Assembly: GCA_951406725.2 (NCBI GenBank)
Contig: OX597815.1
Span: 87,234,001 to 87,298,000, forward strand
Source of the DNA: Octopus vulgaris
Taxonomy: Eukaryota
DNA: 64,000 nucleotides
Direction: 5' to 3'
Position 1 is the stretch's first letter, and every line of letters starts with the position of its first letter. The notes under the pieces were generated by a model. That model saw nothing but the letters and a program-made list of their open reading frames with translations. It made no database searches and was not told where the DNA came from. Shown in pieces: positions 44,661 through 57,426 of the stretch. Both the position numbers and the translations under genes were made by a program.

Positions 44661-44878
44661 CCCTTTAGTGTTCACATCATACTGCCAAAATTAATGCTTT
44701 TTTAATTCACATTGTTTTGAATTAATCATGCATTATCTTTTAGCTAATCTTGATGAGGTAAGTGTTACAATTTTTAAAATGAAATTGTAAGGTTAGTGTG
44801 AGAGACCAGATTTGGCCAGTTTGAACATAAAACAGGCAGAATATTTTGGCCGGATAGGGCCAGCTTAAATGCTAAGGG
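44661..44878. mobile_element. piggyBac-type MITE
   Basis: ttaa|ccctttag ... gctaaggg|ttaa: TTAA target site and CCCT-type termini. Confidence 0.65.
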
Positions 44879-47129
44879 TTAAACTTATTGATATGAGAAG
44901 CAAAGTCTAATTTGCCAGCTGAGGTGCAAAACTAAATGTAAATGTAAATAGTACAGTGCTTTCTTTCACTCTACCACACTTTTAAAAATGATATAAAGAA
45001 TAATGTTAAGAGAGATAATGATGCTGCAATCAAATGAAATTATAAGCATTGAACTCAGCAAACTATCATCCTACTGTGAGAAATTATAAATTAAACTCAA
45101 GTATAGACACAATATACAAACAAATTTGTAAAGTTAAGATCTATTATTGTCAAAAAGACACTCAAAACATTATCAAAAAATACAGTTTAGATGACAAAAG
45201 GTTATTTTCATTTTTTCAACAATAAAAACATAGCATATGCGGACAATACATTAAATATAGGAATAATTACATACAATGATTTCTTACATAAATTGATGAA
45301 TGGAAGAAGTAGAGTTGATTAAACTGACCTCAATATATGGTTGCTAAGTATTTTATCAATCTCATTGAAATGAAAATCAATCTTACTATATGAACTCAGA
45401 CCTAAATACATTAAATAATTTAATTCCAACCCATTCCTTTACAGTCTTAGATATCTATAACATTTCAATAATACTTATTATTTACAGAATTAATAAAGAT
45501 CTTATTCTTTACAGAATTTAGTTTTGTTTTTCTCACACTTGGGCTCAGGACCTATTTCAATCAAGTTTCTACAAGGCTTTAGCAACATCAATGAAATATA
45601 AATAAACACACAATCATTTGCCATATTTGAATACAAAATAGAAAACATGATATGAAATCAGATAAGAGCCACATTATCAGATTAGCTGATAAGGAGAACA
45701 GCTTTAGTTATCTAAAAGGACTTCCACTTAAGAGCCAAAGAAAGCAACAGAAAGAAAGTGAAAAGCTGCAATGCCAGAAGGAAATGACACGAATGAAAGG
45801 AGACAAATTTAAAATTATATATATATATAAATTAGAAAAAAAACACCTTTTATAAATTCAATAATGAAAAATTAAATTATACCATTTAGAAAAATTACAT
45901 ATTATAGAACAATAAAGATTAAATATAAGATAAAAACTATAACAATGATTAAGTAATGTACAAAATAATAAATAAAACGTATATATTTGGTAGAAAAACT
46001 AAATGGTATAATTTTATTTTTCATTATTGAATTGATAAAAAGTGGGGTTTTTTTCTAATTTATATATTTATATTATATTTTGTGAAATTTGATTTAGTAT
46101 TTCTAAATTGAATTTTTCCCTGTAAGTTTGGAATGATATTCCCTCATATTATTATTATTGTTATTATATATATAATACAAAATGGGACAAGAACGCAAAA
46201 CATCCGGACAACTAGGTGATACAAAAAGGGATAACAAACCATCCAGATAGATGATATAAAAAAAAACAAGGAGTGGTCATTCGAAGCTTTCTATTCTCAG
46301 GCAAGAACCGGATCATCCTCGCAATTTCTGCTGATTAATCTTGAGATTGCTCCAATCTGGCCAGCCCCAAGGAAAAACTAAGCTAAGAGCATTAGATTCC
46401 TTGGAAGAAAGCATCTAATGTATACAAGTTAAACAAGTAAATTTCTGTGTTAAATGTTATGACTATATACAAGCATGCACATATTTCCATCATACACACT
46501 TGCACATGTATTATGAGCATAAACACCCATATGTATGTATATTTCATTTCCATATGTTTTATACTACAGAAATTATTTGATAATCCAATTCTTTTCTGTT
46601 GATACAACTTTCTAGACAGTCATTTAATAAAAGGAAAGTATCAATTTCTCTAGCTAGAAATTTGAAACAAATCTCACACTCAAATGTCAAAAGAGAAACT
46701 TTAATACAATTATAACAGAGCAACTACTCTATTAGATATTCTTGGCTTAAGTTTTAATTTTTCTTTATCTGCTTCAAGTAAAGTTCAATTAACAAACTAA
46801 TAATTTCGTTCCCTGACCAGCTGAATATTTATTTTAGTGTTTTTTTAACCATCAACCACTGTTCAAGCCTTTAACTCTTCCATAATATAATTGATTTCTT
46901 AGTATTTCAGAATTTCAACTCATTTCATTTTAACTATTCCCTTTCAGCTAATGCATAGTAACAATTACTTGTACTAAGAATACATACACAAACAAAATAT
47001 TTCCTTCATGACAAAGGAAAGACAAGCAAAATGTAAGCCTTTTTCAAAATATGAGCATAAAAACTGAAGGAAATAAGTAAAGTAAATATATTAAATATGA
47101 CAAGAAAAATAAATACTTAAAGATCTCAC

Positions 47130-47849
47130 CGTTTTTTGCTTTTGTTTATACCGTAAGACAGCATTATCTTTTGGTGGTTTCTTCTCCTCTTTCTCAAAAC
47201 TGCTGAGGGAGGTAAGGGTATCAGAATCTTTCAGTTGATCATCATCCTCATCTGGGTTTGAAATATCCAGTTTAGTTTCAAATGTGTCTAAGTCCGTATG
47301 TTGGACTGGTTGTGGCTTCGTGTTAGCCACAGACACATTGTTCGTATCATATGTACCATTTTCTGTCCCAGGTACATAACCATTAGCAACAAATTCACTA
47401 TGGTTTTCTGGTATCACTTGTCCATTGATTGTAAACACAGAATTCAAATCAGTTAATGGTTCACATGGCACATTGTCTTCATTGTCCTCTAAAATGCTGA
47501 CTTTAACTTCTTGCACCTCCGTCTCATTTAAGGCACTAATGGGCTCATCATTGGTAATTTTCTCAAAATGGAAATCACCTGGCACTTCATCTTGGTCATT
47601 AATCTCTCTGTCTTCTTCGACCACATCACTAACTGTATCAAAGACAACTGCTGGAATGGAAGGCTGGACAGTTGTTGACTTGATGACGTCATCAATGATG
47701 TCTTCAAGAATCTGGTAAGCTATATTAGCTTTGTTAGAATCTTCCTCCTTTTGCTGAATTAGTATATCTGATGGAGACGTAGTTGAAATCACAGTATCTG
47801 CTGGACCACTAGGAACCAAAATTTTGTCCTCGACAATTTTAGCAGGGCT
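47130..47849 (-). CDS. SLK: SLK large acidic linker exon
   Basis: gtttgttgtag|AGC CCT GCT...AAA ACG|gtgag. 240 open codons overlapping ORF 47091-47819, ending DNAVLRYKQKQKT; phase 0-0. Confidence 0.88.
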
Positions 47850-48651
47850 CTACAACAAACAAACAAACAAATCACAATGAAAAGCAGTAAGGACAATGAA
47901 ATGCTGTGTCTGAAATAGTTTATTAAGTGTTTAGAAAATATAATGGCATGAGATTAAGATGTTGGACAACTTAACAAGCATAATCAGGTTTAAATCTTAT
48001 TCTAGGTATTGTGTTGGGTCTCTGATGAAGGCACAATTCTGCTTGCCTTAGTCTATTCGACAAACATGCAGACTACACTATTACTTCACAATGTAGTAGT
48101 AAACAGCAAGAATGGCATCCAGATGCAAAAAACATTTGCTCCAACAATATACAAATATCCAATTTGCTAAAATTCCACTAATGTTAACTCGAAAAACAAA
48201 TGTAAAACATGCAAAAAGAAATCAGAATATTTACTTCATAATTTTCATATAGAAAGCTCAATTTCATCTCCAGCTAAAACTAGCTAATAATATCAATTGA
48301 CAATTACAAATAATAGAAAAAAAAACTAATGAATTAATGAGGGCTAATATATTTTACATCTGAATACCATTTCTACAATTAAAAGTAAAGTAACAAAAGT
48401 AAGACTATATAAGGACAAGAGAAAGTTCATATATAGCTATTTAAAGGTTTTAACTCAACATGTTGTAGTTCAGTAGCCTCAAAGTCACAACGATTCTATA
48501 ATTCATTGACCTGATTAATTCAGGCAATTAGAGGTGGCTAAAATAAATTTTAAAAATTGCCTTTCATAATAAAGAAGAAAAAAAAGAAGTAAGATAAGGG
48601 CTGAGTTAACCAAAACCAAATTAAAATAAATAAGATTAATCAACCGCTTAC

Positions 48652-49074
48652 CGCACTGGCATCAGACTTCTCATCTCCACTAGGACCTAACCCTTCATCA
48701 GAGGAGCGATCTAAGTCCTCAGTGGTTTCCAATGATTTCTTATCAACACTAATTTCAGCCATGGTATTATCATTATTACTACTGACAGGCAGACTGGTGG
48801 GCTTTTGTGCAATGTTCTCATGGGTGTCAGACAGGGAGCTGCAACTTTCACTGATAGGGGTTGGAGCCTCAGATGGGACATCTGGACTGTTAGAAGCACA
48901 TTCAGTAGTATCGGGTAAAGCTTGGGGAATTTTGGAAGAAGGCTCAGGAATGGAAACACTACTGGAATCATTTGAAACAGTTTTGCTCTGTTTCGTGTCT
49001 TTGTCTGTGGTTAAGGAAGCTGGTGAGGGTGTGCTGGAGTCAACAGGGGCAGGAATATCTTTATCATTTTCAAT
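48652..49074 (-). CDS. SLK: SLK Ser/Pro/acidic linker exon
   Basis: cttcttcttgcacag|ATT GAA AAT...AGT GCG|gtaagc. Open 141 codons (IENDKDIPAPVDSSTPSPAS...GDEKSDASA), phase 0-0. Confidence 0.85.
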
Positions 49075-49744
49075 CTGTGCAAGAAGAAGGCAATGATTTC
49101 ATTAAGCAGTAGGGAAATTAAGGAATTGCAATGTAAACAATAAAAGATGGATGAATGGTAAAAATTCTAAACCTTTGCATTTATTACTTCCATAGACAGT
49201 TCAACCTGTCAGTTGAATGATACTTCTACATGTAAACAATCACATATGAACATGACAATATTTTATTAAATTCTGTATGACACATGACACTTTGCAGAAA
49301 AATTCAAAATATCAAATACAAACTACAAGAATTTCTCAAGTAAGGTGTCTTGGTTATCATGGTTTTGTACATGCCATGATTTGAACTCTGCATTGTGTGA
49401 CAATAAATTTGTCAGATAAATAGTGCATTTGTCAATTATGTAGTATATAACTAATAACAAACATATTTGTCAATAAAACAAAGATCCCATGGCTTAGTGA
49501 TGAAATGTATCTCTTGCAATTGTATCCCATTTATACAAGATGGACTGAGAGCTTAATGCTTTCACCAGGATAGGCAACATGCTGATGATGAAATACAAAA
49601 CCCACCCTTTAGTTGACAAGACAGCACACTAATACATTAACAGGCTGAAACTGTCAGTCATATCAATAAATCCCAAATAATAAAAATAACTTCATGAGAA
49701 ATAATTAAGAAAAATATTAACATAATATATTAAAATTGCCAACA

Positions 49745-51085
49745 GTCATCATCATTTTAGGTCCATTTTTCTATACTTGCACGGGTTGGGTAGGTCTTCG
49801 TCTGCAACAATTATTCTTCCATTTTTGTAGCTTCCTTCCACATGGATTGTTTATTACTTTGTCACCCAACCGTATCTATATGCATTACATATGCCTATAT
49901 TAGCTAAGTCTTCTCTCCAGCACACCTGATTTCAGTTACATCCTTTTTTTTTTTTCTCTAAGCTCATTTGTTGTCCATCCTTCATACAAATTAATTTAAC
50001 ACACCCAGCAGAGAATACTCACCTCATTTCTTCCCAGCCTTCACACATCCTCTACACTCACTGATCATGTTTTGCTACCATGCTACAATGCAGTTTATAT
50101 ACAAGCATCATGCTATCTGCCCTTCACTTGGATAGATAATCCCTTTACTATTAGTAAAAATGATAACTTTCTGGATTTTTTACATCCCCTTTCTTCTTTG
50201 GTTTCTATGTGTTCAAAACACTCTTTTATACCACTAATTTGATTGCCTAAGTAACAGAAACTGGCAACTATTTCTTGGAGCCTTCTTGGCATTTGAAAAC
50301 TTTATGGTGGGGACTCTACTAATAATTACTCTTATGCATCTATCACATATGAAGTCTTTCTTCTTTGTTAGCCTGTCTGTGAATCTACAGCATTTCTTAA
50401 GTAATCATAGTTTACACTAAGTACACTGTTTGACATTCCTATCTATTCTTTTTCTGCATGTTGAGCATTGCCACTTCCCAGATAGCAGCATACACTTTTT
50501 ATCTTTGGTGGGTTTACTTGAAAACCTCAGGATTTCAGGATTTGCTTCCGCGAATGGAATTTCTTGCTAAATCATGAACAGATTCAAATATGCAAATTAG
50601 GGCATCAGCATTCAGAAGTATTAATATGACCTGGAGAATTATAATAAACAGAAGGGGATGAGAAACAAACTTTGCTGGTTACCTACCTGTATGCTAAATT
50701 CCTTGCTACATATGTTGCTATTCCTTTGCTAGCAGCACCTTTTAGCTTGAATGGCTCTCACAATTCATTTATCTACAAGTTTTCTTAGTAACCACCAGAC
50801 TTTAGAGCATAGTACCTCATTAAAGTTCTTCTCCAGGTCAATGAATGCGATGTACAGTGGCCTGCACTTTCTAAGCACTTCCCCAATAATTGTTTCACTT
50901 AAAGAGGGAACCAGTGGTACAAACCCAAACTGCATCTCATCTAAATTATATTTTTTCAAATCTTTTGAGCTATAACTCTTTCCGGTACATTAATATAGTG
51001 GTTTATTAGCTTGATGTCTTTGTAGTTGTTTCTTTCTCAAAGCATCTCCTGTACCTTTACAGCAGTTAAAAACAAGTGACTAGTG
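49745..51085 (-). mobile_element. Degenerate RTE-like LINE (RT)
   Basis: ORF 50765-50959 reads LDEMQFGFVP...KCRPLYIAFIDLEK...WWLLRKL, an RT region. The 3' tail lies near 49745-49800. Confidence 0.8.
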
Positions 51086-51943
51086 CATGTCCTACTTTGC
51101 ATATATTCAACATTCCTAATATTGTTACCAACAGTCCTGCTGTTTTCCATAAGTGCATATCTCTTGTGGTCATTCCAAACGGTAGTTAGTCACTCTAGTG
51201 ACATCAAATCAAGAGATCATTGTCAACCTCAGTTGGTTATTAAAATGATTAAGAAAAACACAAGATATAGCATAAAGCACTAATTAGCATTACTTTATGT
51301 TTGATGTTACATCTAACATCATGAATTTGAATCATTCTCTCAACAAAGGCTAACTTTAGTTATTTCAAATACCCAGTACTTCACTGTAAACTGGAAAGCA
51401 CTATAAACAACACAGAGACAGCATTAAAATTACATCCTCAATTTTTATGTAATTTATAACTCTGCACTAGCAGTAATAAGGAAGCGGGGCATGTGCATGT
51501 GTGTGTGTGTGTGTGTATGCATGTGTGTGCATGCGCGTGCTTGTAGAGTTGTTAGTGTGATGCATGCATGTAACTTTATATCTGGATAATTTTATTTTTT
51601 AACACACTACAATGGATTGTTTTTTTTCTACAAATCCAGGTCTCTTCTTCATTTGTAAAAACATATTTTACTGTTGGACACCTATCCTTCAAAAACTGAA
51701 TCAAAATAAGCACAATACAATATTTGTGGGACATGGCTTTTAGAATAAGAAGTTACAGTATTAAGCAAAACAATATTGTGTAATTCCTGAGGCAGAGATT
51801 GGGTGACAGAGATAGAGAGAAAGGAATTTGTAGTGCAACTATAAGCATCACAACCACAAACTACTACCACTATTACACGCCTATCACCTCCAATAATGCT
51901 GCCACTAACACCACCACCACAGCCTCTATACCTCTCTACTTAC

Positions 51944-52042
51944 AATAATGTCATCCTTGCCCGGGTCTGTTTTCTCCATGTCTTCAATATTCAGGTTGGA
52001 GATTGTGTCCAGATCGAAGGATTTGCTGTCCTCTGGAATGTT
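51944..52042 (-). CDS. SLK: SLK linker exon
   Basis: cctttccccttcccacag|AAC ATT...ATT ATT|gtaagt. Translates NIPEDSKSFDLDTISNLNIEDMEKTDPGKDDII; 99 nt, phase 0-0, consensus splice sites. Confidence 0.8.
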
Positions 52043-52471
52043 CTGTGGGAAGGGGAAAGGTCAAACAAAAATAAAAAGTGCAATCAGCTTGCAGGCAGAT
52101 AAAGGGCTTCACAATGTCACCAAGCTCATCAGCATCTTTGCTGTCCAAATCTTCATCACTTCATTACTATGGCTTTGGTCACTCCATTCAACTCTCCAGC
52201 TAACTCCACATACTGGCTATTTTCTATTCTGAGAACCAACATTTGTGTTTGTGTGTGTGTTATGTAAACGTATGACTGTGCATATTCAGATGAATACAGA
52301 TATGTATAGGCAATGGAGTAAGAATTCAATACTTCAACTCCTTCATCAGGAGTTCTAAGCTAAATGTGAACATATTCTGCATGTGTATGTACATGTCTAA
52401 GTCAGAGTGTGTACACATACAAGCATGTGCATTTATGCAGGTGTGTGCATGCACATGTGACCACATGCACA

Positions 52472-52515
<44 letters not shown>

Positions 52516-52759
52516 GCATATGCATAGTGAATGCATTGCCTAAAGGGAGATGGTGTGAGAAGTTAAAAACTTTATGGAAGAATTTTTTTTTTAATGTTTA
52601 ATCCTTCAAGCAGACAATAGAATATTAGATGTTGGTTATTTTAAACAAGGTGAACTTTTGGAACTTTGCCAGTGTGACAGAAGATCTCACCAATGAAGAA
52701 AAACATTTTTTTAAATTCTATGGAAATGCTAATTGCATTTATTTTTCTCCATAGAATAG

Positions 52760-53830
52760 AAATGAAAGAAAATGCCACAGAAAAAAAGAATGGAAATAAA
52801 ATGAGAAATAAAATAAATTTAAACATAAAATTAAAAAAATATTATCTAAAAATATTTTATGCAGTCTGAATATAAAATGTTATTTGGAGTAAAGGGGTAA
52901 GCATATCAATAGTGGGATAAAATAGAATGAGAAGATATAATTTTTAAAAGGAATAAAAACAATGGGACAAAGAATGATTTTCAGAATGATAAAAAACTGA
53001 AAGAAGAGCATTAAAGTATGAATAAAGTATGAAAAAATAAAATGGAAACTAGAAAGAGGGGGGGAGCGAGAGCAGTACAGATGGGGAAGCAGAGATGAGA
53101 GCAAGATAGCAAAAGCAAAGGGAAGTCCAAAAGAGAGAAGGAGATATACAATGGTGATTGAGGTAAAAGAAAGCAGACACATGCAAGATAGATAGAATAG
53201 TGAGAGAGAGAGAGAGAGAGAGAAAGTAGAGATGAGATGAAAAGATAGAGAGAGTGCAGAGATGTAAGAAAAGGTAGGGACAGAAGTGAAAGAGCAGATG
53301 AGATGGAGCAATGATGAGGATTAGAAAGAGTAAAGACAAGAGTAAGAGACAAGAATATGAGAGCAGAGAAAGGAGAGGAAACAACTGACAAACAAATGAG
53401 ACAGAAACTGTGAGAGAGAGGATACAAGAGATTTTAAAAGCAAGTAATAGAGAAAAAATGAAGGGAGGGGAGATTTGAAACAAGCGAGAAAAGGGGATTT
53501 GAAAAAGGAGATGAAAGAGACTAGAAAGAGAAGGAGGCAAGTGAACAAATAAAGTAACAACTGAAGAGCTAAATGAACATATGAACTCATACATACATAA
53601 GAGTAAAAAACTGAAAGTGGAAAGGACTAAATGGATAAAATAGTGAACAAGCAAAATAAAGAAGAGGCTGAAGACTAGATGGACAATAGACTAAGTAAAA
53701 GGCTAAATGGGAAAGAAACAGAATGTACATAAGGAAAAAAATGAATGAAAAAATAAACAAAGAAAAGATAACAAAAACCATGGAGGGAAAAAAAGATCAA
53801 ATTTCTTAAGGAAGGAATTATTATAAAAGG
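52760..53830. repeat. Purine-rich (GA/A) low-complexity tract
   Basis: Strong strand asymmetry with a (GA)n core at about 53202-53223. It is the source of several spurious Phe/Ser/Leu-rich ORFs. Confidence 0.7.
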
Positions 53831-53849
53831 GAAAATGTCTGTTGTGAAC

Positions 53850-53972
53850 CTTGATTGACTTTATATCTTCTTCATCATCCATTTCAAGAACTGTCTCCTC
53901 CACTTCAGCCTTTGCTTCACTCAACAGGTTTAATATTGGTTTCTTGTCGGTAGAAAGTTTGATAAAAGGATG
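53850..53972 (-). CDS. SLK: SLK exon: end of kinase domain and start of acidic linker
   Basis: tttcag|CAT CCT TTT...AAG|gttcac. Translates HPFIKLSTDKKPILNLLSEAKAEVEETVLEMDDEEDIKSIK; 123 nt, phase 0-0. HPF...EAKAEV is characteristic of SLK/LOK. The donor is weak. Confidence 0.9.
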
Positions 53973-54994
53973 CTGAAATAACAAAAAATGAAGTTTAGAT
54001 AGTTGCCAATTGGAAAAGAACCAATTCTATTTCAAGGTGTGTCAGCAATTGTGTGAGTTTTACCTGGACAAATAATTGTGTGTTTTTCTTGCCCTCTTGT
54101 AAGAGTATGACGCTGTATATACATATGCAATTGTACATATATGCATATATTCATAAGTGATAGAATGTGTGACTTTCCATGTCTGTGCATAAGTTTTCAC
54201 ATGTGCATCAGTGTAAATGCAAAACTAAAAACATCTGCCAGACAAATTATAATAGAAAGTAAATTGTGAAGAAGATAAAAATACTCATGATACAGTGATA
54301 TGTATTACACATCAGTACTGTATAGCAAAATATAGATAATATGAATATAGCTTTCCAATATCCAATATAAATAAACATCCTCTGTAAGATTAAGCATTTT
54401 AATCTACTGAGTGTATGTGTGTGTAATGATTTTCCAACAGTTTGGTGCAAGACCAGCAACCAAATTAGAATTGGAAATTGATATGTAATTTTATTACTTT
54501 AAAATCCATCCTTTAGTTTACTGCTAAAAAGTAGCTTATTAGCTGCAAAAGAAATTTGGTTTACCTGAATATATTCTAATGTCTATGGAAAAAGATATTT
54601 GCCAAGATTGGTAAATTTTCAAATGTATGTGTGTGGTTGATGCCATAGACAACAATGATTACACATATATATTTATGAACCTAAGATAATCCTCTCTGAA
54701 TCACAAAAACAATCCATCAAGCCAGATTTCTATAAAGATAAAGTTGATGACTAATAAATTTAATCCAGTTATGATGATGATAGCCAATTGCTGGATGATT
54801 TTACAATCCAAGCAAATGAACTGGGCATTGCAATACAATGAATCACTCATCAAAGTTACAACACTGTCATAGCTCAATACTTTGTCTTTTGTAAAGGAAT
54901 ATGAGAAAAGGATTCTACAATGAACTGCAAACTAAACAGACAGAGGTAGAAAGAAACAAATAAAAGTGGCATAAAAATTGATTAATTGGTTCAC

Positions 54995-55076
54995 CTCTAG
55001 CAATTCAGCTGCCGTTGGACGCTGTGCTGGATCTTTGACGAGGCACTTGCTGATGAAATGACTAAATGCAGGGGAC
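54995..55076 (-). CDS. SLK: SLK kinase exon (subdomain XI)
   Basis: tttttag|G TCC...CTA GAG|gtgaa. Translates (W)SPAFSHFISKCLVKDPAQRPTAAELLE; 82 nt, phase 2 to 0. Confidence 0.95.
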
Positions 55077-55974
55077 CTAAAAAGAAAAGAGATAGATTTC
55101 AACATAGATTGTTTAATAAATAACAGAATGAATACATTCTATAAATGAGTATGTTGAATGACTCTGCAGTCCAGAATATTATCACACTAGTCTCAATCTT
55201 TTGTAATATGCAGTTAAGCATCATCTCATGCTGTATCATGCAGATCTTCCATATTCAATATCCATGTCTCACTGCCAAGCAGTATCACAACTTTTACTCA
55301 TGATTCTTGAACTCAACGTTTTGCACAAAAACAGAAATTTATTGCAGCCAGTAGAGGTCTATCTTCCTTAACTTTCGCCACCCATTTCCTTGCTCTAACT
55401 GCCATGACTGTTACAGCACATCTAGTACTAACAAGAGCTATATAACAAAAAATACCAATTATCAATTTTATATGAATAATTCTATAACTACGACAAGGCA
55501 ACCACCACATCTGTCACTTTGCCAAAGACCCCACGGTACAATTTGTGCATCCATCGCTCATAATGAAGACAACGTATTTCTTGCTCCTTTCTTACTTTTG
55601 AAAGGTTGTTTCCTAAAGGACAGTAGAAGTTTGTGCTTCTATACTGTCAAGCAGCATGGGATTATGTTGAAAAATCGCTAACTGTACCAATTATTCTTAG
55701 TTTGGTATGTTTCTTTAGCAGGATTCTGCTTCGAGAAAAAGATTAGCTGTGGTAACAGAGAAAAGTAATTCATAATAAATAATAGATGATAACAGCTTTG
55801 AAGGTTATTATGTCAACAATTTATACACACATGAATAATCTCCCTGGAACTTGGTTCCTTCATTGTAAGTATTTGTGTAAGGGAGATAACTAAGTAATCT
55901 AACATTGAACGCTATTAGCTCGTATATGTATTTGCTACCTATCATCTAAATATCATCTTTTATCATTTATTACC

Positions 55975-56283
55975 TTTTACTTGTCTCAGTCATTGAACTG
56001 CGACCAAAGTAGAGCACCGAGTTGAAGTGTTTAGTCAAACGAATCAATCCCAGTACTTATTTTTTTTAAATATGGTAGTTTTCTATCGGCCTCTTTTGCT
56101 GTACTGCTAAGTTATGGGGATGTAAAGAAGACAACACCAGTTGCCAAGAAGTGGTGAGAGGCAAGCACAAATACACACACACATACACTTCTTTCAGTTT
56201 CCATCTACCAAGTCCACTCACAAGGCTTTTGTCAGCCTGGGGCTATAGTAGAAGTGAACTTCTTCGCAAACAGCCATGCCTGT
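55975..56283 (-). mobile_element. Family A SINE (internally deleted)
   Basis: cttttacttgtctcagtcattg...ctttcagtttccatctaccaagtccactcacaaggc...cagccatgcctg. Confidence 0.75.
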
Positions 56284-57255
56284 GATCAGCTTTTAATATA
56301 TAGAAGGTTACAAACGAAAGCTTTTGTGTGTACGTGTATATTTACATACATTCACAGACTATATAATTTTATGTCCACCTTCTATGCTGGCATTGTTTCT
56401 ACAGTTTGATGTCCACCCGAATAACCACCAGTTTACAGAGTACACACACACACATACATACATAGATGCAGAGACAGACAGAGAACTGCATGTTGCTCTG
56501 ACAGAATTGATTCCTAGTGCCTGAAAATTTCAGGCCAACTGACATCAACTATATAAAACATTTAGGTATGTGGAATTAAACCTGTTTAATGACACACAAT
56601 TCTAACAGACCAAACAGTTCTGGCATAGATGTGCATTGAACGCTTCTCAATTTTACATGAAAAAATGAAAAGTGTGTGTGTCTGTGTGTGCATGCACACT
56701 TTTATGTTAGGGTGCTCTCAGTGCTACTGGTAATATGTAATCAAGTACAACCTGTTGATATGTCAGGTCATTGGTGACTAAATCAGCATCCACACCAGGC
56801 TGGCCTGATGAAGAGGGCTGCTAGAAACCTAACAGGGCAAAAGCAAGACCTGCAAGCAGGCATCTATAAAGTAAAAAAGACAGAGACATTTATTTGAGGT
56901 AAAACTGCTGTTAGTTAAGGTGTCAAACTCCTGATCACATAATCATAAGTTCAAGCCCTATATTACATTATACTCCTGAGTTAATCACACTAAAATTCAG
57001 CACTCAACCATTTTGCCTAGCATCAGGCATAGGGGTGTGCTGTTATGGAGGTGGTGGGAAAGTTTTTATTTTTCTATTATTTGAAAACATGTTGATCTTT
57101 AATTTTTACCAGATTATGTAAGATATATTTAGTAGTAGAAGGGAAAATTGAATTTGGTGTAATCAAATAACAAAATATCAATTGTCAGAACATTAGCAAA
57201 AAATATGAAACAAAATGCAGAGAGCACATATGTGCAGGTCTGTAATCAACACCTA

Positions 57256-57426
<171 letters not shown>

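Noticed and set aside
46180-46440. GC-richer island in AT-rich intron, possibly a transposon end
   Set aside because: No second copy in the window and no TIR/TSD or coding motif that could be verified, so left unassigned.
48711-49096. ORFs 48711-48971 (-) and 48722-49096 (+), and also 47425-47718 (+)
   Set aside because: Off-frame or antisense shadows of real SLK exons.
52880-53781. Hydrophobic membrane-protein-like ORFs
   Set aside because: They arise in all three frames from a pyrimidine-rich low-complexity tract.
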